Source: Antedon mediterranea (taxonomy: Eukaryota; Animalia; Echinodermata). Taken from it: a stretch of DNA of 64,000 nt. The translations under genes were made by a program, and so were the position numbers. The notes beneath the pieces are model-generated. The model did no database searches. It was not told the DNA's origin and saw nothing but the letters and a program-made list of their open reading frames with translations. The stretch is taken from positions 12,282,945 to 12,346,944 of the forward strand of contig NC_092680.1 in assembly GCF_964355755.1 (NCBI RefSeq), read 5' to 3'. This document shows positions 52,127 to 64,000 of the stretch, piece after piece (position 1 is the stretch's first letter; each line of letters begins with the position of its first letter).

Positions 52127-55100
52127 TAGATCAGCGAGAGAGAGAGAGATAGATCAGCGAGAGAGAGATAGATCAGCGAGAGGGAGAGATAGATCAGCGA
52201 GAGAGAGATAGATCAGCAAGAAAGAGATAGATCAGCGAGAGAGAGATAGATCAGCGAGAGAGATAGATCAGCGAGAGAGAGAGATAGATCAGCGAGAGAG
52301 ACAGAGAGATAGATCAGCGAGAGAGAGAAAGATCAGCGAGAGAGAGATAGGTCAGCGACAGAGAGATAGATCAGCGAGAGAAAGATAGATCAGCGAGAGA
52401 GATATAGATCAGCGAGAGAGAGATAGATCAGCGAGAGAGAGAGATAGATCAGCGAGAGAGAGAAAGATCAGCGAGAGAGAGATAGATCAGTGAGAGAGAG
52501 ATAGATCAGCGAGAGAGAGATAGATTAGCGGGGGAGAGATAGATCAGCGAGAGAAAGAGAGGTAGATCAGAGAGAGAGATAGATCAGCGAGAGATAGATA
52601 GATCAGCGAGAGAGAGATAGATTAGCAAGAGAGAGATAGATCAGCGAGAGAGAGATAGATCAGCGAGAGAGAGAGAGAGATAGATCAGCGAGAGAGATAG
52701 ATCAGCGAGAGGGAGAGATAGATCAGCGAGAGAGAGATAGATCAGCGAGAGAGAGATAGATCAGCGAGAGAGAGATAGATCAGCGCGAGAGAGATAGATC
52801 AGTGAGAGAGAGAAAAATCAGCGAGAGAGAGAGATAGATCAGCGAGAGAGAGAAAGATAAGCGAGAGAGAGATAGATCAGCGACAGAGAGATAGATCAGC
52901 GAGAGAGAGATATAGATCAGCGAGAGAGATATAGATCAGCGAGAGAGATAGATCAGCGAGAGAGAGATAGATCAGCGAGAGAGAGAAAGATCAGCGAGAG
53001 AGAGATAGATCAGTGAGAGAGAGATAGATCAGCGAGAGAGAGATAGATCAGCGAGAGAGAGAGAGAGAGAGATAGATCAGCGAGAGAGAGATATATAAGC
53101 GAGAGAGAGATAGATTAGCGAGAGAGAGATAGATCAGCGAGAGAGAGATAGATCAGTGAGAGAGAGAGATCAGCGAGAGAGAGAGATAGATCAGCGAGAG
53201 AGAGATAGATCAGCGAGAGAGAGAAAGATAGATCAGCGAGAGAGAGATAGATAGATCAGCGAGAGAGAGATAGATCAGCGAAAGAGAGATAGATAGATCA
53301 GCGAGAGAGAGATAGATCAGCGAGAGAGATAGATTAGCGAGAGAGAGATAGATAGATGAGCGAGAGAGAGATAGATGAGCGAGAGAGAGATAGATCAGCG
53401 AGAGAGAGATAGATCAGCGAGAGAGAGATAGATCAGCGAGAGAGAGATAGATAGATCAGCAAGAGAGAGATAGATAGATCAGCAAGAGAGAGATAGATAG
53501 ATCAGCGAGAGAGAGATAGATGAGCGAGAGAGAGATAGATCAGCGAGAGAGATAGATAGATCAGCGAGAGAGAGATAGATCAGCGAGAGAGAGAGAGAGA
53601 GATAGATCAGCGAGAGAGAGAGATAGATCACCGAGAGAGAGATAGATCAGCGAGAGAGATAGATCAGCGAGAGGGAGAGATAGATCAGCGAGAGAGAGAT
53701 AGATCAGCGAGAGAGATAGATCAGCGAGAGATAGATAGATCAGCGAGAGAGAGATAGATCAGCGAGAGAGAGAGATAAATCAACGAGAGAGAGAGATAGA
53801 TCAGCGAGATAGAGAAAGATCTGCGAGAGAGAGATAGATCAGCGAGAGAGAGATAGATCAGCGAGAGAGAGATAGACCAGCGAGAGAGAGATAGATAAGC
53901 GAGAGAGAGATAGATCAGCGAGAGGGAGAGATAGATCAGCGAGAGAGATATAGATCAGCGAGAGAGAGATAGATCAGCGAGAGAGATATAAATCAGCGAG
54001 AGAGAGATAGATCAGCGAGAGAGAGATAGATCAGCGAGAGAGAGAAAGATCAGCGAGAGAGAGATAGATCAGCGAGAGAGAGATAGATCAGCGAGAGAGA
54101 GAGAGATAGATCAGCGAGAAAGAGATAGATCAGCGAGAGAGATAGATAGATAAGCGAGAGAGAGATAGATCAGCGAGAGAGAGAGAGAGAGAGATAGATC
54201 AGCCAGAGAGAGAGAGAGAGAGAGAGATAGATCAGCGAGAGAGAGATAGATCAGCGAGAGAGAGATAGATCAGCGAGAGGGAGAGATAGATCAGCGAGAG
54301 AGATATAGATCAGCGAGAGAGAGATAGATCAGCGAGAGAGAAATAGATCAGCGAGAGAGAGATAGATCAGCGAGAGGGAGAGATAGATCAGCGAGAGAGA
54401 GATAGATCAGCGAGAGAGAGATAGATCAGCGAGAGGGAGAGATAGATCAGCGAGAGAGAGATAGATCAGCGAGAGAGAGATAGATCAGCGAGAGGGAGAG
54501 ATAGATCAGCGAGAGAGAGATAGATCAGCGAGAGAGAGATAGATCAGCGAGAGGGAGAGATAGATCAGCGAGAGAGAGATAGATCAGCGAGAGAGAGATA
54601 GATCAGCGAGAGAGATATAAATCAGCGAGAGAGAGATAGATCAGCGAGAGAGAGATAGATCAGCGAGAGAGAGAAAGATCAGCGAGAGAGATATAGATCA
54701 GCGAGAGAGAGATAGATCAGCAAGAGAGAGATAGATTAGCGAGAGAGAGATAGATCAGCGAGAGAGAGAGAGATAGATCAGAGAGAGAGAGATAGATCAG
54801 CGAGAGAGAGAGATAGATCAGCGAGAGAGAGATATATTAGCAAGAGAGAGATAGATCAGCGAGAGAGAGATAGATCAGCGAGAGAGAGATAGATCAGCGA
54901 GAGAGAGATAGATCAGCAAGAGAGATAGATCAGCGAGAGAGAGATAGATAGATCAGCGAGAGAGATATAGATAGATCAGCGAGAGAGAGAGAGATAGATC
55001 AGCAAGAGAGAGATAGATCAGCGAGAGAGAGAGAGAGATAGATCAGCGAGAGCGAGATAGATTAGCGAAAGAGATAGATCAGCGAGAGAGAGATAGATCA

Positions 55101-55574
55101 GCGAAAGAGAGAGATAGATCAGCGAGAAAGAGATAGATCAGCGAGAGAGATAGATAGATCAGCGAGAGAGAGATAGATCAGCGAGAGAGAGAGAGATCAG
55201 CGAAAGAGAGAGATAGATCAGCGAGAAAGAGATAGATCAGCGAGAGAGATAGATAGATCAGCGAGAGAGAGATAGATCAGTGAGAGAGAGAGAGATAGAT
55301 CAGCGAGAGAGAGAGAGAGAGAGATAGATCAGCGAGAGAGAGAGAGATAGATCAGCGAGAGAGAGATAGATAGATCAGCAAGAGAGAGATAGATCAGCGA
55401 GAGAGAGAGAGAGATAGAACAGCGAGAGCGAGATAGATTAGCGAAAGAGATAGATCAGCGAGAGAGAGATAGATCAGCGAGAGAGAGAGATAGATCAGCG
55501 AGAAAGAGATAGATCAGCGAGAGAGATAGATAGATCAGCGAGAGAGATAGATCAGCGAGAGAGAGAGAGATAGA

Positions 55575-55615
<41 letters not shown>

Positions 55616-56709
55616 TCAGCGAGAGAGAGAGAGATAGATCAGCGAGAGAGAGATAGATCAGCGAGAGAGAGATAGATCAGCGTGAGGGAGAGATAGATCA
55701 GCGAGAGAGAGATAGATCAGCGAGAGAGAGATAGATCAGCGAGAGAGAGATAGATCAGCGAGAGAGATAGATCAGCGAGAGAGAGATAGATCAGCGAGAG
55801 AGAGAAAGATCAGCGAGAGAGAGATAGATCAGTGAGAGAGAGATAGATCAGCGAGAGAGAGATAGATTAGCGAGAGAGAGATAGATCAGCGAGAGAGAGA
55901 GAGATAGATCAGAGAGAGAGAGATAGATCAGCGAGAGAGAGAGATAGATCAGCGAGAGAGAGATATATTAGCAAGAGAGAGATAGATCAGCGAGAGAGAG
56001 ATAGATCAGCGAGAGAGAGATAGATCAGCGAGAGAGAGATAGATCAGCAAGAGAGATAGATCAGCGAGAGAGAGATAGATAGATCAGCGAGAGAGATATA
56101 GATAGATCAGCGAGAGAGAGAGAGATAGATCAGCAAGAGAGAGATAGATCAGCGAGAGAGAGAGAGAGATAGATCAGCGAGAGCGAGATAGATTAGCGAA
56201 AGAGATAGATCAGCGAGAGAGAGATAGATCAGCGAAAGAGAGAGATAGATCAGCGAGAAAGAGATAGATCAGCGAGAGAGATAGATAGATCAGCGAGAGA
56301 GAGAGATAGATCAGCGAGAGAGAGAGAGATCAGCGAAAGAGAGAGATAGATCAGCGAGAAAGAGATAGATCAGCGAGAGAGATAGATAGATCAGCGAGAG
56401 AGAGATAGATCAGCGAGAGAGAGAGAGATAGATCAGCGAGAGAGAGAGAGAGAGAGAGAGATAGATCAGCGAGAGAGAGAGAGATAGATCAACGAGAGAG
56501 AGATAGATAGATCAGCAAGAGAGAGATAGAGCAGCGAGAGAGAGAGAGATAGAACAGCGAGAGCGAGATAGATTAGCGAAAGAGATAGATCAGCGAGAGA
56601 GAGATAGATCAGCGAGAGAGAGAGATAGATCAGCGAGAAAGAGATAGATCAGCGAGAGAGATAGATAGATCAGCGAGAGAGATAGATCAGCGAGAGAGAG
56701 AGAGATAGA

Positions 56710-56752
<43 letters not shown>

Positions 56753-57190
56753 TCAGCGAGAGAGAGAGAGATAGATCAGCGAGAGAGAGATAGATCAGCG
56801 AGAGAGAGATAGATCAGCGAGAGGGAGAGATAGATCAGCGAGAGAGAGATAGATCAGCGAGAGAGAGATAGATCAGCGAGAGAGAGATAGATCAGCGAGA
56901 GAGATAGATCAGCGAGGAAGAGATAGATCAGCGAGAGAGAGAAAGATCAGCGAGAGAGAGATAGGTCAGCGACAGAGAGATAGATCAGCGAGAGAGATAG
57001 ATCAGCGAGAGAGATATAGATCAGCGAGAGAGAGAGATCGATCAGCGAGAGAGAGAGAGATAGATCAGCGAGAGAGAGAAAGATCAGCGAGAGAGAGAGA
57101 GATAGATCAGCGAGAAAGAGATAGATCAGCGAGAGAGATAGATAGATCAGCGAGAGAGAGATAGATCAGCGAGAGAGAGAGAGAGATAGA

Positions 57191-57221
<31 letters not shown>

Positions 57222-57575
57222 TCAGCGAGAGAGAGAGAGATAGATCAGCGAGAGAGAGATAGATCAGCGAGAGGGACAGATAGATAAGCGAGAGAGAGAT
57301 AGATCAGCGAGAGAGAGATAGATCAGCGAGAGAGATAGATCAGCGAGAGAGAGATAGATCAGCGAGAGAGAGATAGATCAGCGAGAGAGAGATAGATCAG
57401 CGAGATAGAGAAAGATCTGCGAGAGAGAGATAAATCAGCGAGAGAGAGATAAATCAGCGAGAGAGATAGATCAGCGAGAGAGAGATAGATCAGCGAGAGA
57501 GAGATAGATGAGCGAGAGAGAGATAGATCAGCGAGAGAGAGATAGATAGATCAGCGAGAGAGAGAGAGAGATAGA

Positions 57576-57614
<39 letters not shown>

Positions 57615-60600
57615 TCAGCGAGAGAGAGAGAGATAGATCAGCGAGAGAGAGAGATAGATCAGCGAGAGGGAGAGATAGATCAGCGAGAGAGAGATAGATC
57701 AGCGAGAAAGAGATAGATCAGCGAGAGAGAGATAGATCAGCGAGAGAGATAGATCAGCGAGAGAGAGAGAGATAGATCAGCGAGAGAGACAGAGAGATAG
57801 ATCAGCGAGAGAGAGAAAGATCAGCGAGAGAGAGATAGGTCAGCGACAGAGAGATAGATCAGCGAGAGAAAGATAGATCAGCGAGAGAGATATAGATCAG
57901 CGAGAGAGAGATAGATCAGCGAGAAAGAGAGATAGATCAGCGAGAGAGAGAAAGATCAGCGAGAGAGAGATAGATCAGTGAGAGAGAGATAGATCAACGA
58001 GAGAGAGATAGATTAGCGGGGGAGAGATAGATCAGCGAGAGAGAGAGAGAGATAGATCAGAGAGAGAGATAGATCAGCGAGAGATAGATAGATCAGCGAG
58101 AGAGAGATAGATTAGCAAGAGAGAGATAGATCAGCGAGAGAGAGAGAGAGATCAGCGAGAGAGATAGATCAGCGAGAGAGAGATAGATCAGCGAGAGAGA
58201 TATAGATAGATCAGCGAGAGAGAGATAGATCAGCGAGAGAGATATAGATCAGCGAGAGAGAGATAGATCAGCGAGAGATAGATAGATCAGCGAGAGAGAG
58301 AGATAGATCAGCAAGAGAGAGATAGATCAGCGAGAGAGAGAGAGATAGATCAGCGAGAGCGAGATAGATTAGCGAGAGAGAGATAGATCAGCGAGAGAGA
58401 GATAGATCAGCGAGAGAGAGAGAGATAGATCAGCGAGAAAGAGATAGATCAGCGAGAGAGACAGATAGATAAGCGAGAGAGAGATAGATCAGCGAGAGAG
58501 AGAGAGAGAGATAGATCAGCGAGAGAGAGAGAGAGAGATAGATCAGCGAGAGAGAGATAGATCACCGAGAGAGAGATAGATCAGCGAGAGGGAGAGATAG
58601 ATCAGCGAGAGAGATATAGATCAGCGAGAGAGAGATAGATCAGCGAGAGAGAAATAGATCAGCGAGAGAGAGATAGATCAGCGAGAGGGAGAGATAGATC
58701 AGCGAGAGAGAGATAGATCAGCGAGAGAGAGATAGATCAGCGAGAGGGAGAGATAGATCAGCGAGAGAGAGATAGATCAGCGAGAGAGAGATAGATCAGC
58801 GAGAGAGAGATAGACCAGCGAGAGAGAGATAGATCAGCGAGAGAGAGATAGATAGATCAGCGAGAGAGATAGATCAGCGAGAGAGAGATAGATCAGTGAG
58901 AGAGAGATAGATCAGCGAGAGAGAGATAGATTAGCGAGAGAGAGATAGATCAGCGAGAGAGAGAGAGATAGATCAGAGAGAGAGAGATAGATCAGCGAGA
59001 GAGAGATTGATCAGCGAGAGAGAGATAGATTAGCAAGAGAGAGATAGATCAGCGAGAGAGAGATAGATCAGTGAGAGAGAGATAGATCAGCGAGAGAGAG
59101 ATAGATCAGCAAGAGAGATAGATCAGCGAGAGAGAGATAGATAGATCAGCGAGAGAGAGATAGATAGATCAGCGAGAGAGAGAGAGATAGATCAGCAAGA
59201 GAGAGATAGATCAGCGAGAGAGAGAGAGATAGATCAGTGAGAGAGATATAGATCAGCGAGAGAGAGATAGATCAGCGAGAGAGATATAAATCAGCGAGAG
59301 AGAGATAGATCAGCGAGATAGAGATAGATCAGCGAGAGAGAGAAAGATCAGCGAGAGAGAGATAGATCAGTGAGAGAGAGATAGATCAGCGAGAGAGAGA
59401 TAGATTAGCGAGAGAGAGATAGATCAGCGAGAGAGAGAGAGAGATAGATCAGAGAGAGAGAGATAGATCAGTGAGAGAGAGATAGATCAGCGAGAGAGAG
59501 ATAGATTAGCAAGAGAGAGATAGATCAGCGAGAGAAAGATAGATCAGCGAGAGAGAGATAGATCAGCGAGAGGGAGAGATAGATCAGCGAGAGAGATATA
59601 GATCAGCGAGAGAGAGATAGATCAGCGAGAGAGAAATAGATCAGCGAGAGAGAGATAGATCAGCGAGAGGGAGAGATAGATCAGCGAGAGAGAGATAGAT
59701 CAGCGAGAGAGAGATAGATCAGCGAGAGGGAGAGATAGATCAGCGAGAGAGAGATAGATCAGCGAGAGAGAGATAGATCAGCGAGAGAGAGATAGACCAG
59801 CGAGAGAGAGATAGATCAGCGAGAGAGAGATAGATAGATCAGCGAGAGAGATAGATCAGCGAGAGAGAGATAGATCAGTGAGAGAGAGATAGATCAGCGA
59901 GAGAGATAGATTAGCGAGAGAGAGATAAATCAGCGAGAGAGAGAGAGATAGATCAGAGAGAGTGAGATAGATCAGAGAGAGAGAGATTGATCAGCGAGAG
60001 AGAGATAGATTAGCAAGAGAGAGATAGATCAGCGAGAGAGAGATAGATCAGTGAGAGAGAGATAGATCAGCGAGAGAGAGATAGATCAGCAAGAGAGATA
60101 GATCAGCGAGAGAGAGATAGATAGATCAGCGAGAGAGAGATAGATAGATCAGCGAGAGAGAGAGAGATAGATCAGCAAGAGAGAGATAGATCAGCGAGAG
60201 AGAGAGAGATAGATCAGTGAGAGAGATATAGATCAGCGAGAGAGAGATAGATCAGCGAGAGAGATATAAATCAGCGAGAGAGAGATAGATCAGCGAGATA
60301 GAGATAGATCAGCGAGAGAGAGAAAGATCAGCGAGAGAGAGATAGATCAGTGAGAGAGAGATAGATCAGCGAGAGAGAGATAGATTAGCGAGAGAGAGAT
60401 AGATCAGCGAGAGAGAGAGAGATAGATCAGAGAGAGAGAGATAGATCAGTGAGAGAGAGATAGATCAGCGAGAGAGAGATAGATTAGCAAGAGAGAGATA
60501 GATCAGCGAGAGAAAGATAGATCAGCGAGAGAGAGATAGATCAGCGAGAGAGAGATAGATCAGCAAGAGAGATAGATCAGCGAGAGAGAGATAGATAGAT

Positions 60601-62940
60601 CAGCGAGAGAGAGAGAGATAGATCAGCAAGAGAGAGATAGATCAGCGAGAGAGAGAGAGATAGATCAGCGAGAGCGAGATAGATTAGCGAAAGAGATAGA
60701 TCAGCGAGAGAGAGATAGATCAGTGAGAGAGAGAGATAGATCAGCGAGAAAGAGATAGATCAGCGAGAGAGATAGATAGATCAGCGAGAGAGAGATAGAT
60801 CAGCGAGAGAGAGAGAGAGAAGGAGAGAGAGAGAGAGAGATAGATCAGCGAGAGAGAGAGAGATAGATCAGCGAGAGAGAGTTAGATCAGCGAGAGAGAG
60901 ATAGATCAGCGAGAGGGAGAGATAGATCAGCGAGAGAGAGATAGATCAGCGAGAGAGAGATAGATCAGCGAGAGAGAGATAGATCAGCGAGAGAGATAGA
61001 TCAGCGAGAGAGAGAGATAGATCAGCGAGAGAGAGAAAGATCAGCGAGAGAGAGATAGGTCAGCGACAGAGAGATAGATCAGCGAGAGAGATAGATCAGC
61101 GAGAGAGATAGGATCAGCGAGAGAGATATAGATCAGCGAGAGAGAGAGATCGATCAGCGAGAGAGAGAGAGATAGATCAGCGAGAGAGAGAAAGATCAGC
61201 GAGAGAGAGAGAGATAGATCAGCGAGAAAGAGATAGATCAGCGAGAGAGATAGATAGATCAGCGAGAGAGAGATAGATCAGCGAGAAAGAGAGAGAGATA
61301 GATCAGCGAGAGAGAGAGAGAGATAGATCAGCGAGAGAGAGATAGATCAGCGAGAGAGAGATAGATCAGCGAGAGGGACAGATAGATCAGCGAGAGAGAG
61401 ATAGATCAGCGAGAGAGAGATAGATCAGCGAGAGAGATAGATCAGCGAGAGAGAGATAGATCAGCGAGAGAGAGATAGATCAGCGAGAGAGAGATAGATC
61501 AGCGAGATAGAGAAAGATCTGCGAGAGAGAGATAAATCAGCGAGAGAGAGATAAATCAGCGAGAGAGATAGATCAGCGAGAGAGAGATAGATCAGCGAGA
61601 GAGAGATAGATGAGCGAGAGAGAGATAGATCAGCGAGAGAGAGATAGATAGATCAACGAGAGAGAGAGAGAGAGATAGATCAGCGAGAGAGAGAGATAGA
61701 GAGAGAGAGATAGATTAGCGAGAGAGAGAGAGATAGATCAGCGAGAGAGAGATAGATCAGCGAGAGGGAGAGATAGATCAGCGAGAGAGAGATAGATCAG
61801 CGAGAAAGAGATAGATCAGCGAGAGAGAGATAGATCAGCGAGAGGGAGAGATAGATCAGCGAGAGAGAGATAGATCAGCGAGAGAGAGATAGATCAGCGA
61901 GAGAGAGATAGACCAGCGAGAGAGAGATAGATCAGCGAGAGAGAGATAGATAGATCAGCGAGAGAGATAGATCAGCGAGAGAGAGATAGATCAGTGAGAG
62001 AGAGATAGATCAGCGAGAGAGAGATAGATTAGCGAGAGAGAGATAGATCAGCGAGAGAGAGAGAGATAGATCAGAGAGAGAGAGATAGATCAGCGAGAGA
62101 GAGATTGATCAGCGAGAGAGAGATAGATTAGCAAGAGAGAGATAGATCAGCGAGAGAGAGATAGATCAGTGAGAGAGAGATAGATCAGCGAGAGAGAGAT
62201 AGATCAGCAAGAGAGATAGATCAGCGAGAGAGAGATAGATAGATCAGCGAGAGAGAGATAGATAGATCAGCGAGAGAGAGAGAGATAGATCAGCAAGAGA
62301 GAGATAGATCAGCGAGAGAGAGAGAGATAGATCAGTGAGAGAGATATAGATCAGCGAGAGAGAGATAGATCAGCGAGAGAGATATAAATCAGCGAGAGAG
62401 AGATAGATCAGCGAGATAGAGATAGATCAGCGAGAGAGAGAAAGATCAGCGAGAGAGAGATAGATCAGTGAGAGAGAGATAGATCAGCGAGAGAGAGATA
62501 GATTAGCGAGAGAGAGATAGATCAGCGAGAGAGAGAGAGATAGATCAGAGAGAGAGAGATAGATCAGTGAGAGAGAGATAGATCAGCGAGAGAGAGATAG
62601 ATTAGCAAGAGAGAGATAGATCAGCGAGAGAAAGATAGATCAGCGAGAGAGAGATAGATCAGCGAGAGAGAGATAGATCAGCAAGAGAGATAGATCAGCG
62701 AGAGAGAGATAGATAGATCAGCGAGAGAGAGAGAGATAGATCAGCAAGAGAGAGATAGATCAGCGAGAGAGAGAGAGATAGATCAGCGAGAGCGAGATAG
62801 ATTAGCGAAAGAGATAGATCAGCGAGAGAGAGATAGATCAGCGAGAGAGAGAGATAGATCAGCGAGAAAGAGATAGATCAGCGAGAGAGATAGATAGATC
62901 AGCGAGAGAGAGATAGATCAGCGAGAGAGAGAGAGATAGA

Positions 62941-62983
<43 letters not shown>

Positions 62984-64000
62984 TCAGCGAGAGAGAGAGA
63001 GATAGATCAGCGAGAGAGAGTTAGATCAGCGAGAGAGAGATAGATCAGCGAGAGGGAGAGATAGATCAGCGAGAGAGAGATAGATCAGCGAGAGAGAGAT
63101 AGATCAGCGAGAGAGAGATAGATCAGCGAGAGAGATAGATCAGCGAGAGAGAGAGATAGATCAGCGAGAGAGAGAAAGATCAGCGAGAGAGAGATAGGTC
63201 AGCGACAGAGAGATAGATCAGCGAGAGAGATAGATCAGCGAGAGAGATATAGATCAGCGAGAGAGAGAGATCGATCAGCGAGAGAGAGAGAGATAGATCA
63301 GCGAGAGAGAGAGAAAGATCAGCGAGAGAGAGAGAGATAGATCAGCGAGAAAGAGATAGATCAGCGAGAGAGATAGATAGATCAGCGAGAGAGAGATAGA
63401 TCAGCGAGAAAGAGAGAGAGATAGATCAGCGAGAGAGAGAGAGAGATAGATCAGCGAGAGAGAGATAGATCAGCGAGAGAGAGATAGATCAGCGAGAGGG
63501 ACAGATAGATCAGCGAGAGAGAGATAGATCAGCGAGAGAGAGATAGATCAGCGAGAGAGATAGATCAGCGAGAGAGAGATAGATCAGCGAGAGAGAGATA
63601 GATCAGCGAGAGAGAGATAGATCAGCGAGATAGAGAAAGATCTGCGAGAGAGAGATAAATCAGCGAGAGAGAGATAAATCAGCGAGAGAGATAGATCAGC
63701 GAGAGAGAGATAGATCAGCGAGAGAGAGATAGATGAGCGAGAGAGAGATAGATCAGCGAGAGAGAGATAGATAGATCAACGAGAGAGAGAGAGAGAGATA
63801 GATCAGCGAGAGAGAGAGATAGAGAGAGAGAGATAGATTAGCGAGAGAGAGAGAGATAGATCAGCGAGAGAGAGATAGATCAGCGAGAGGGAGAGATAGA
63901 TCAGCGAGAGAGAGATAGATCAGCGAGAAAGAGATAGATCAGCGAGAGAGAGATAGATCAGCGAGAGAGATAGATCAGCGAGAGAGAGAGATAGATCAGC
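48535..64000 (+). repeat. GA-rich satellite array (same 18-bp family and orientation as 1-20552); continues beyond window end
   Basis: Tandem GATAGATCAGC(GA)n with the same variant monomers. Confidence 0.99.

Overview
Eukaryotic (AT-rich, probably marine-invertebrate) heterochromatic window. An 18-bp GA-rich satellite (consensus GAGAGAGATAGATCAGCG) fills 1-20552 and 48535-64000. Between the arrays lies a 5'-truncated L2/CR1-group LINE on the minus strand. Its reverse-transcriptase frame is split at a single codon (...REEISQ / QPTTLNY...) by a 26,311-bp insertion (21976-48286) flanked by a 4-bp TTGA target-site duplication and very short AACACG...CGTGTT termini. I interpret this insertion as a large DNA transposon. 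It encodes an 11-exon, ~957-aa Sola1/DUF7869-like DDD transposase (minus strand; two homopolymer frameshifts) and a divergently transcribed, spliced ~270-aa gene I do not recognise (plus strand). Near both ends it carries different tandem arrays built on the same 17-bp palindrome GTCATAA-N3-TTATGAC. Its interior holds nested debris: a second LINE fragment split by a Helentron-type HINE, a Penelope-like remnant with a minimal hammerhead ribozyme core, a 1,756-bp tandem duplication and a tRNA-derived SINE. All exon models and family assignments were made by eye, without database searches.
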